IMG/VR virus record: IMGVR_UViG_3300048558_000101 | Coordinates: 1-58,217 of that record | Length of the DNA: 58,217 bases | From: a virus | Lineage: Duplodnaviria; Caudoviricetes | Strand: one strand, 5' to 3' | Part shown: positions 37,182 through 45,000 of the stretch, one piece after another | How the letters are laid out: the number at the start of each line of letters is the position of its first letter | Position numbering within the stretch: position 1 is the stretch's first letter | The notes under the pieces: model-generated | Databases searched by the model: none | Told to the model about the DNA's origin: nothing | Seen by the model: only the letters and a program-made list of their open reading frames with translations | Made by a program: the position numbers and the translations under genes

Positions 37182-37615
37182 CGCCCTTCATCACAGCCGC
37201 GCTGACTTATCGTGCGCGCCAAAAACGCCAGCAACATCCTGACGGTGACGCCGACCAATATGGCACTTGGCGACCTTCTCTTGATGAAGCTCGCGAATGC
37301 TGTATGAAGCGTGGTGGCAGGTTCAAAGATGATTTAATGGATCACTGCCGCAGCGCGCGGCACATTCTGAATCTGTTCGGTCTGTCCGAAACAGTTCAAA
37401 ACAAACTGTTTCTGGATTTGCTGGTGATGCTGCTTAGCAGTCTTCCATTGTCCGAAGTCGAGAGTGCCGAAAGCGCCCTCGCGATGGCTTTTCACTCTAC
37501 AGACAATCTGAATCTGGCAGGCGCGGTGGAGATCGTACAGGCTGTCAACACGTACCACTGTCAACAAGGCGCGTGCGCGCCACTGACGCCGATTTTACCC
37601 GGAGAACAATCATGA
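37178..37615 (+). CDS. Cys/His protein, paralogue of 35103
   Basis: AALTYRAR...HPDG....GTWRPS..E..ECC...HCRSARH..NLFGL. Confidence 0.75.
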   Translation: MTPFITAALTYRARQKRQQHPDGDADQYGTWRPSLDEARECCMKRGGRFKDDLMDHCRSARHILNLFGLSETVQNKLFLDLLVMLLSSLPLSEVESAESALAMAFHSTDNLNLAGAVEIVQAVNTYHCQQGACAPLTPILPGEQS

Positions 37616-38259
37616 AACTGATGAATTACACGAAGACCCGAGAGTTGCTGACGCAGCTCTTCAAACAGGATCAACTTGCCGCGTCCGTCGCGGAAGTGCT
37701 GGAAAAGCAAAAATGGGATATTGGCCAGCCAACAGGCCTGACCGAGTTTTTGACCTGGCTCAACCCGGTCATTGCCGGCGGGTGCGAAGTCGTGACGTCA
37801 GGCGCGGCCAAGTCGATTCTGGCGCTCTCGATCCACTACTACACGCGGCGTCACCCCAACGCGAACCGCCGCAACATCAGAAGCGCTAGCCATCTGGTAT
37901 ACGCGGCCGTCAGCGGCGATGCCACCAGCCTGAAACCGCTGGAAAACGCTGTGGAAGGTTACTGCTGGGAACTTCTGGCCGCCTGCGCAGTGGACGATGA
38001 CTCGAGCGAACTTCAGACCAGGATCATTTTTCGCCTGATCGAAGCCGTGGTTTTCAGCGGCGCAGGCCTGCGCCAGAAAACCGAGCGCCAGCCGTTGCTG
38101 GAAGCGGGGAAGCTTGCCAAGACCCCGACAGTGCCGCTGACTGAGGAGGGCAAACGGGAAACGTTGCTGGAAGCCATCGCGCTGCTGGAAGCAACCAAGG
38201 AAAGCTTCAAAAGCAAACTGGTATTTCAGGCCAAAAAGAAGCTGGAGACATTGCTGTGA
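37612..38259 (+). CDS. Hypothetical protein
   Basis: GGAGA RBS; ATGA overlap. Confidence 0.7.
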   Translation: MKLMNYTKTRELLTQLFKQDQLAASVAEVLEKQKWDIGQPTGLTEFLTWLNPVIAGGCEVVTSGAAKSILALSIHYYTRRHPNANRRNIRSASHLVYAAVSGDATSLKPLENAVEGYCWELLAACAVDDDSSELQTRIIFRLIEAVVFSGAGLRQKTERQPLLEAGKLAKTPTVPLTEEGKRETLLEAIALLEATKESFKSKLVFQAKKKLETLL

Positions 38260-38591
38260 CGGAGATCGTCAGGGTACCCCGAACGGTCTACGACACTGTG
38301 GAGCTGGACCGGAAAGGCGGGATGAATGATCAGGTTTGGATCAAGCCTGAAGAATACACCGCCCGGGATCGTGATTACTTTGCAGAAGGTTGGGCACAGG
38401 TCCAGAAAATGCCGGTGCCTGAATACTTCATCCTGCGCGGCCACCTGATGGCCGATGACAACGTATTTGAAGCATTGGCGCGCCTGAATGAAAAAACGTT
38501 TGTCTACTCGCTGCGTCAGCGCCGCTGTGTGGTGATCTTTCTGGCGCGCTGCCTGCGTCATTACAAAGTGAAAGCGAGACTGACCCAATGA
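38256..38591 (+). CDS. RRC-family paralogue 1
   Basis: YTARDRDYFAEG...QRRCVVIFLAR...RL. Confidence 0.72.
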   Translation: MTEIVRVPRTVYDTVELDRKGGMNDQVWIKPEEYTARDRDYFAEGWAQVQKMPVPEYFILRGHLMADDNVFEALARLNEKTFVYSLRQRRCVVIFLARCLRHYKVKARLTQ

Positions 38592-38893
38592 CCGAATGGC
38601 TGGAAAACTATCACGCGAAAGACGCCCGGTGGGTGCGAGAAGGCTGGCGCATTCTGTCCAGGATGGACTTTGACCTGAGAACCAAGCTCATTGGTAGCAT
38701 TCAATTGCGGCTTTCCCATAAAGACAGGCTGACTGATCGCACCCATGTCTTTTGGGCGATCTTCTATCTTGGCTTGTTGAGGTATCCAGCATTAACAACA
38801 GCCTACAACCGCCGGTGCGTTGTGATTTTCGTCGCGCGGTTCGGGCGATGGGAGCTGGCTTGCCAAAGATTACTGACAGGAGATGCGTCATGA
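38588..38893 (+). CDS. RRC-family paralogue 2
   Basis: WLENYHAKDARWVREG...NRRCVVIFVAR...RL. Confidence 0.75.
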   Translation: MTEWLENYHAKDARWVREGWRILSRMDFDLRTKLIGSIQLRLSHKDRLTDRTHVFWAIFYLGLLRYPALTTAYNRRCVVIFVARFGRWELACQRLLTGDAS

Positions 38894-39231
38894 ACTGGGC
38901 CGGACTACTCGAAACGCGCCTGCGAGATGAAGAACATAAGCGCCAAAGAGCGCTGATCAATCAAATGACCGATTGGGCTGAAAAGTACGCTGGCAGGGAC
39001 GCTGAGATAGTGCAGCAGGGGCGGTATGCAGTGTTGACCGCAGGTGATCTGATGCACACCTACATTGTGTCTGTGTTGATGGAGGCTGCAAACGTATCAG
39101 AAGCGCTGCACTTTCTCAGGCAGCACCATCGCCACAGCTCCTTTCGCATCCACCGCCGCCTGATCGTCATTTATTTTGGCCGATTTGCCCAGTACGCAAA
39201 GGCAGTGAAGCGATTGAAGGAGGCCGCTTGA
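38890..39231 (+). CDS. RRC-family paralogue 3
   Basis: WAEKYAGRDAEIVQQG...HRRLIVIYFGR...KRL. Confidence 0.72.
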   Translation: MNWAGLLETRLRDEEHKRQRALINQMTDWAEKYAGRDAEIVQQGRYAVLTAGDLMHTYIVSVLMEAANVSEALHFLRQHHRHSSFRIHRRLIVIYFGRFAQYAKAVKRLKEAA

Positions 39232-39545
39232 TCGTCGCGATCGAACATTACAGCGGTAAAGATGCCAAGTATGTGCGCACAGGCGCGCGCCTGTTGGCCT
39301 AGATGACCAAGACGGATCGGAGTTTTACGGAGAGTGAAGTTGCTCGGTGGCAGGGCCTAAAGTTGATGAAAGAGGGCGTTTCACCTACCTCTGTCTGGGT
39401 GACGTTAAGGCGGTTGACCAGCATGTGGGATTACTCAAAAAAAACAGGAGAGTTTATCTGCAGGTACAGTACCCACGAGCGCCGCTGCATGGTGATTTAT
39501 GTCGCGAGCGTGATGCGGATCGAGCGCGGCATCCGCCGTCTCTAG
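39228..39545 (+). pseudogene. RRC-family paralogue 4 interrupted by an in-frame TAG at 39300-39302
   Basis: AGGAGG RBS and TTG start; EHYSGKDAKYVRTG...TAG ATG...ERRCMVIYVAS...RRL in one frame. Confidence 0.75.
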
Positions 39546-39556
39546 GGGGTGGCCTG

Positions 39557-39829
39557 ATGGAATGGGTTAAACATTACCAGGGTAAAGACGCTGATTATGT
39601 CCGGGAAGGCGTTGAAGTCCTGAAGCGATGGCGCGCGCGCGATCTGGCTGACATTCTGATGGTGACGTCGTATTTGAAGCGATGCGACGCCATCAAGGAA
39701 GCCATGGCATATCTCAAACGTCTTGACTTACGACGAATCAATCTGCGTCAGCGCCGCTGCCTGATCATCCTGATTGTCAGAGATACGCGTTACGAGCGCG
39801 CCGTAGAACGTCTTGGGGGTAAAGTATGA
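39557..39829 (+). CDS. RRC-family paralogue 5
   Basis: WVKHYQGKDADYVREG...QRRCLIILIVR...ERL. Confidence 0.75.
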   Translation: MEWVKHYQGKDADYVREGVEVLKRWRARDLADILMVTSYLKRCDAIKEAMAYLKRLDLRRINLRQRRCLIILIVRDTRYERAVERLGGKV

Positions 39830-40617
39830 AAAAAACAGTAGCCGACTATATGGTCAGGAACCTGCTCAAGACGCCGCCATTCAATTGGATCGGGCCCAAG
39901 CCAGAAGATTTGATTGACCCCAGACTCTTTGGCGACGGTGTTGGTTGGGCGCAGGTCGGTATGGATTCACTGAATCGCGGAATGACAGGAAGCGGCTGGA
40001 ATACGCTGCGCCACTTGTATGCGCACTTTGAAGCCGGCGGTGAAATCTGCCACGCGATGATCTGGCTACATGATTATTCAATGCCCAAAGCCACGTTGCG
40101 CGAGCGCCGATGTGTGGTTTCGTATGTCGTGCGGTGGGTGCGCGTTCGACTCGCGCAAAAGCGCATGGAAGAGTCTGCTTTCCAGGAAAAACACACGGCG
40201 CGGGAAGAGTTGCGGAAGGCAATTCGCGGGAATCTGCCCAGCCAGAGTCCTGAGATGTTTTATCGAAGTCAGGGCGGTCATCCCGAAATAAAAATCTCAG
40301 TTCAGCTCTCGATGATGCACAGGGCTGCGGCGGAAAACCTAATTGATGATTTCCTTGTCAAGAATCTTAGATTTACAGCAGTCGCCCGCCCAAGCTACGT
40401 GTTAGTAGACATGCATCTAACCCCAGAGGGTGTTGTCTGGCTGATGAGTGACTTACTGCCCGGGGTGACGACGGCAATTCAAGGTCTGAACTCCGCAAGG
40501 CTCAATCTGGGCAACGCTGCACGCCAGGCCGGACAAGCTCTTCTTAATTTGCCAACGCCAAATTTCTCGCTGCTAAGCCGGCCAATCTGGACACAGGAGG
40601 ATGACGAAGATGTCTAA
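39826..40617 (+). CDS. RRC-family paralogue 6 with C-terminal extension
   Basis: GPK..DLI.P.LFG...ERRCVVSYVVRWVRVRLA. Confidence 0.75.
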   Translation: MKKTVADYMVRNLLKTPPFNWIGPKPEDLIDPRLFGDGVGWAQVGMDSLNRGMTGSGWNTLRHLYAHFEAGGEICHAMIWLHDYSMPKATLRERRCVVSYVVRWVRVRLAQKRMEESAFQEKHTAREELRKAIRGNLPSQSPEMFYRSQGGHPEIKISVQLSMMHRAAAENLIDDFLVKNLRFTAVARPSYVLVDMHLTPEGVVWLMSDLLPGVTTAIQGLNSARLNLGNAARQAGQALLNLPTPNFSLLSRPIWTQEDDEDV

Positions 40618-41296
40618 ACTCCTGAGAGATCATTGGGGAAGAACAGGGCCGAAGCGCGCGGATTTGATCGCCCCGGAACTGTTTGGCAAAGGTGCTGACT
40701 TTGGCGCGTATGGCATCCTGGCGCTCAAGAACGTCGAAGATCCCTGGCGTTGGGGAATTCTGGCCAATATTCACAAGCACTTCTATCTGGGCGGGACCAT
40801 CAAGGTCGCAGCGGAATGGCTGCGCGAGTATCAGCCTGCCGGCAGTTTGACCTGCTTTGAGCGCCGCTGCGTGCTGTCCTACTGCGCACGCTGGGCACGC
40901 GTCAGACTGGCTGCCGAGACGATGAAGAAGTCCGCTGCGAATCAACTGCCGCCCAAGCCCGCGGCTGACCCGAGGCAGGTAACGGTCAAATTTGAGATTG
41001 ATTGGTCAGATTTCCAGAAGCAGGTGCAAGGCTTGTTCCCCTCGCTAATGAGCAAGCTGGCCGGCACCCATAACCGCCCGCAACCCGTGCCTGACCGTGA
41101 CAAGATAAGTATCAGCCACTTGGTGCGCGGCATTGACCCCGCGGCGCCAGGCTTGGGCAAAACCGCAGTCTTCATCACCGACGATGTGGACGATAACAAG
41201 ATTATCCTGCTGGGTTCGGCTCGGAGCTGGCCTGTTACGCTCAAACTTGATCAACCCGTTGAATCGGGAAAGGGAAAAAACGATGGCAACAAATAA
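40610..41296 (+). CDS. RRC-family paralogue 7 with a different C-terminal extension
   Basis: GPK..DLI.P.LFG...ERRCVLSYCARWARVRLA. Confidence 0.75.
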   Translation: MSKLLRDHWGRTGPKRADLIAPELFGKGADFGAYGILALKNVEDPWRWGILANIHKHFYLGGTIKVAAEWLREYQPAGSLTCFERRCVLSYCARWARVRLAAETMKKSAANQLPPKPAADPRQVTVKFEIDWSDFQKQVQGLFPSLMSKLAGTHNRPQPVPDRDKISISHLVRGIDPAAPGLGKTAVFITDDVDDNKIILLGSARSWPVTLKLDQPVESGKGKNDGNK

Positions 41297-42035
41297 GGCT
41301 GAGCCAATTTTGGATTTAGACAGAGGACTTGAAGCCTGCCGACGCGTTCGCGATGAGACCGAAACGATAGTCCTGAAGTTTTCAAGCGGCAAAGACTCAC
41401 TGGCGATGTGGCTTAAATGCCGCGAAATCTTTCCCAAAGAGAAGATCACACCGATCTTTCATTACTGGGTGCCCGGGCTGAAATTCGTGGATCGCACCAT
41501 CGCGATGTACGAAGAATATTTTCAAACCAAAATTATTCAGATGCCGCACCCTAACTTTCACAACTATCTGGCGAATGGCGCGTACCAGCCGCCGCATCGC
41601 TGGAACGTCATCGAAACGCACAACCTTGACACTTGGGATTATGACGAAGTGGTTGATTTTGTGGCCTATGACCTGGGCCTGCAAAATTACTGGGTGGCTG
41701 TGGGGATCAAGGCCTCAGATAGCCCAATTCGCGCCGCCGCCGTCAGGAAAAACGGTGCCTGGACGCCCGCCAAAAGGCTGTTTTATCCGGTCGCTGACCT
41801 TCGGAAAGCCGACCTGATTGAACTCTTCCGCAAGCACAAGGTCCCGCTCTCTGAAGACTACAACATCTTTGGCCGCAGCTTTGACGGGCTGCAACTCCGC
41901 TACATAGACAAAATCAAAACCCATTACCCTGAAGACTTCGAAACCATCAAGGCATGGTTCCCATTGATTGAAGCCGAGTACGCACGAGGACAAGCTTATG
42001 CCAGTCAAAAAGAACTCAAAAAAAATAACCAGTAA
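41283..42035 (+). CDS. PP-loop (PAPS-reductase-like) protein
   Basis: FSSGKDS PP-loop; GIKASDS..R; YPVAD; GRSFDG. Confidence 0.85.
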   Translation: MATNKAEPILDLDRGLEACRRVRDETETIVLKFSSGKDSLAMWLKCREIFPKEKITPIFHYWVPGLKFVDRTIAMYEEYFQTKIIQMPHPNFHNYLANGAYQPPHRWNVIETHNLDTWDYDEVVDFVAYDLGLQNYWVAVGIKASDSPIRAAAVRKNGAWTPAKRLFYPVADLRKADLIELFRKHKVPLSEDYNIFGRSFDGLQLRYIDKIKTHYPEDFETIKAWFPLIEAEYARGQAYASQKELKKNNQ

Positions 42036-42504
42036 TGATGACTTAGATTTGATGGGCAGCATTGACGAAGAAGCTGCCGGCGGCGTTTCCAAAGACGAAG
42101 AAAGCGCAGCCGACTCGCTCTTTCAAAATTATTTCACGCCTGAGACGCCAGAAGATCCAGACGAAGACGCAGACGAAACTTTTCTTGATGCCGCAGATCG
42201 CGAACACGACGCTCTGGCTGAAGACCTGAACAAAGCAGACCAGTATCAGAAATCAGTGCTGCGCGAAAACAAACAGGCAGCCGACAGCGGCGTTGACCCA
42301 AATTATTATTTTTGCGTCGTCTTTGTTTCAGAGCAGCAGCGTGACGCTTTCATTGAGCAATCCGGCTGGGCCAAATATGGCGGCAAGCGATTCCTGAATG
42401 GCGTCATGATGGCGCATGAAATGGGGCTTGAGCTGCCAGACGCATACCTTGCGACAGAAGCTAAGCCTGATCGTTCACTGGCTGAATTTGTAAGAAAGGA
42501 GTGA
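41998..42504 (+). CDS. Acidic protein with C-terminal YFCVVF domain
   Basis: Asp/Glu-rich N-terminus; YYFCVVFVSEQQRDAF...FLNG; GAGGA RBS. Confidence 0.75.
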   Translation: MPVKKNSKKITSNDDLDLMGSIDEEAAGGVSKDEESAADSLFQNYFTPETPEDPDEDADETFLDAADREHDALAEDLNKADQYQKSVLRENKQAADSGVDPNYYFCVVFVSEQQRDAFIEQSGWAKYGGKRFLNGVMMAHEMGLELPDAYLATEAKPDRSLAEFVRKE

Positions 42505-42511
42505 GCCAATC

Positions 42512-42673
42512 ATGGGCAGAGCAAATACTCGCGCTCAAGGCCGCGGTGGAAACGCCCGGCGTGGCACTGGTCGCCGGGCTGCTGCGCAGACGCCCGCGCA
42601 GCGTGGTGCCGCCACTCGCGCGCGCAACCGTCTGAATCGCGCTCTCAACGTTCCAAGTTCGCTTTTCCGCTAA
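42512..42673 (+). CDS. 53-aa Arg/Gly/Ala-rich peptide, not in the ORF track
   Basis: AAGGAG RBS; MGRANTRAQGRGGNARRGTGRR...LFR; 13 Arg, no Asp, Glu or Lys. Confidence 0.75.
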   Translation: MGRANTRAQGRGGNARRGTGRRAAAQTPAQRGAATRARNRLNRALNVPSSLFR

Positions 42674-42754
42674 GGCGAACCATCAACCCATAACCAAACT
42701 GGCCTCTGATCCGTGGCACGCGCCGTTGGTCAGAGGCTTTTTCACGTTCGCACC

Positions 42755-43462
42755 ATGGCAATCTTTCCACCAGGGAAAACACCACCAGCAACAGCACCGC
42801 AGAGCGCGCAATCAAGCGCGCCGCAATCCCCTGCGTCCGCGCAATCCGCGCCGCAACCTGCACAAAAGGCTACCCCCAAGCCGTCAAGCTACGCTGGCCC
42901 AATTCCCCAAAATCTGCGCTGGCGTCCGACCGCCGAAGAAGCACTGGAAATCGAAGACCTGGCCTACACCGCGCTCGCGTCAGGCCTTCTTAAATCTCAG
43001 ATCAAAAAGCAATTACGAAAATACGCGGAGAAGAAACAGGCGGAACTCAACAAGGCAGGAAATGGCCTGATTGTGGTGATGGACGCGCGCACGATTGAAA
43101 AATATCTCTCTCGCGCGCGCGCGAGGATGGTGGATGAATCCGGCAAGACCGAGAAAGATCTGCGCACCGACAGCCTGAATTTCTACCTGTCCATTGCTCG
43201 TGACCAGACCGCTGACCACCGCAGCCGATTGATCGCACGCGAGCGGGTTGACCGGCTGTATGGGCTGGATAAGCCCATCAAGGTAGCCCCGACAACTCCT
43301 GATGGTGAACAATCTTTCAGAGCTTTGTCAGACGCTGACCTCACGGCCCGAATTGCTGAAATCGCTGCCAAGATCGGAGCAGGAGCAACTGCTGGCTCTG
43401 ATGGCGGAGTATCAGAACCGGGAACTGCTGAGACAGGCGACGCTGAAGATCGGGCTGGCTGA
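42755..43462 (+). CDS. Putative terminase small subunit
   Basis: Directly upstream of terL; HTH-like region; RLYGLDKP.KV...LSDADL C-terminus. Confidence 0.7.
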   Translation: MAIFPPGKTPPATAPQSAQSSAPQSPASAQSAPQPAQKATPKPSSYAGPIPQNLRWRPTAEEALEIEDLAYTALASGLLKSQIKKQLRKYAEKKQAELNKAGNGLIVVMDARTIEKYLSRARARMVDESGKTEKDLRTDSLNFYLSIARDQTADHRSRLIARERVDRLYGLDKPIKVAPTTPDGEQSFRALSDADLTARIAEIAAKIGAGATAGSDGGVSEPGTAETGDAEDRAG

Positions 43463-44813
43463 GTTTGTCGAACGGACAACCAACCACCGATTGGACACCT
43501 GGCAGCAAGACCTGTGCGCCAGACTGGAAACCCTGGCCTACACGAAACGCCGTCGGCTGCTGATCCACGCACCGCCGCAGATGGGCAAATCCATCATCGT
43601 GAGCCAGCGCTTTCCGGCTTGGCTCTTGACCCGTAAGCCATACCACCGCGTCAAGCTGGCCTGTTACAACGTCACGCACGCCACGCGTTTCGGGAAGATC
43701 GTGCGGGACCTGATGCAGGAAGACGACTTCGCCCGCCTGTTTCCTGATCCGTCGCTGCGCCTGCCGCGAATCTCTTCCGCCGATGAATGGTCAACACTGG
43801 CGCGCTCTTCGACCCGAGACAGCCAACCCAGTTTCAAAGCCCTTGGCCTCGCGACCGGATTTGTCGGTCAGGGCGTGGATACGTTGCTGATTGACGATCC
43901 ATACGCCGATCCAAAGGAGGCCTACAGCCCGGTCATCAACGCGAAGGTGCGCAGCTTCTGGACCGACACGGCGCGGCCCCGTCTGAATGACGACACCAAC
44001 GTCGTGGTGATGTTCCACCGGTATTGCGAGCCTGACTTGGCCGGATACCTGATGGAGACCGAGCCGGACGAATGGGAACTGATTCGCTATGCCGCACGCG
44101 CTGATGGTGATTACGAACACCCGACCACGCACCGCATTTACAAAGACCCTATGAGCCGCCCTATCGGAGAGCGGCTTTCCCCGCGTTACTCAGACGAATG
44201 GTTTGATCTCCAGGCCGCGAATGAATGGGTGTGGCTGAGCCAGTTCCAGGGCCGACCCACCGCCAAAGAAGGAAGCTTTTTCAAGGTTACGAAGCTGCAA
44301 TATTGCGAGCCGTCAGAAGTGCCTGACAACCTGCGCAAGATTCGTGCGTGGGATTTGGCCGCAAGCAAGAATGGTGATTGGACAGCCGGAGTGCTGATAG
44401 GCAAAGCCGACAACAGTCGCTATTACATTCTGGATGTGGTGCGGGGGCGCTGGTTGCCGGATGACCGTGACAAGGAAATGCTCGATACGGCCAACGCCGA
44501 CGGAAAAGGAGTGAAAATCCGCTTGGCGAAAGACCCGGCGCAGGCAGGTGTAGACCAAAAGCTGCGGCTGACGCGCCTGCTGGATGGCTACAGCGTTCGG
44601 TTCAAGCCGGTCAGTGGCGACAAAATCACCCGCGCTGAAGGTTTCGCATCAGCAATTAACAACGGCAATGTGACGATTGTTCGAAGCGTGTGGCAGCACC
44701 CATTCGTTGAAGAGTTGCGCCAGTTCCCGCTGGGCGGTTTTGACGATCAGGTGGACGCGGCTGTGGATGCCTACGATGAGTTGGCGGCGCGGCGCGTCAT
44801 TACGGCGGCCTGA
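43302..44813 (+). CDS. terL: Terminase large subunit
   Basis: PPQMGKS Walker A; LLIDDP Walker B; WDLA; DDQVDA nuclease motif; start uncertain. Confidence 0.92.
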   Translation: MVNNLSELCQTLTSRPELLKSLPRSEQEQLLALMAEYQNRELLRQATLKIGLAEFVERTTNHRLDTWQQDLCARLETLAYTKRRRLLIHAPPQMGKSIIVSQRFPAWLLTRKPYHRVKLACYNVTHATRFGKIVRDLMQEDDFARLFPDPSLRLPRISSADEWSTLARSSTRDSQPSFKALGLATGFVGQGVDTLLIDDPYADPKEAYSPVINAKVRSFWTDTARPRLNDDTNVVVMFHRYCEPDLAGYLMETEPDEWELIRYAARADGDYEHPTTHRIYKDPMSRPIGERLSPRYSDEWFDLQAANEWVWLSQFQGRPTAKEGSFFKVTKLQYCEPSEVPDNLRKIRAWDLAASKNGDWTAGVLIGKADNSRYYILDVVRGRWLPDDRDKEMLDTANADGKGVKIRLAKDPAQAGVDQKLRLTRLLDGYSVRFKPVSGDKITRAEGFASAINNGNVTIVRSVWQHPFVEELRQFPLGGFDDQVDAAVDAYDELAARRVITAA

Positions 44814-45000
44814 AACCGAAAGAAAACTGGCGCGATAAATTTCGGTTTGTACGAAAGCAATGAACTCCTAAACCAATAAGAAACTTCAAAATTCCACGTT
44901 CTGTTTGACGCCGTCATAATCCCACGTTCTTTTTGACGTTTTCTGAAAATTCACACCAGGAAAAAAATAACTCGCCCGCTTTTGGCAGTCTGCCCGCCCG

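Noticed and set aside
39300-39302. Genome-wide TAG recoding
   Set aside because: TAG is a normal stop in several genes (for example capsid, protease, MoxR) and no suppressor tRNA is visible
41283-42035. True cysH sulfate-assimilation gene
   Set aside because: It lacks the C-terminal ECGLH motif and has no cys gene context
43302-43462. terS/terL overlap as a frameshift fusion
   Set aside because: Overlaps are common at this junction, the terL start is uncertain and no slippery site is evident
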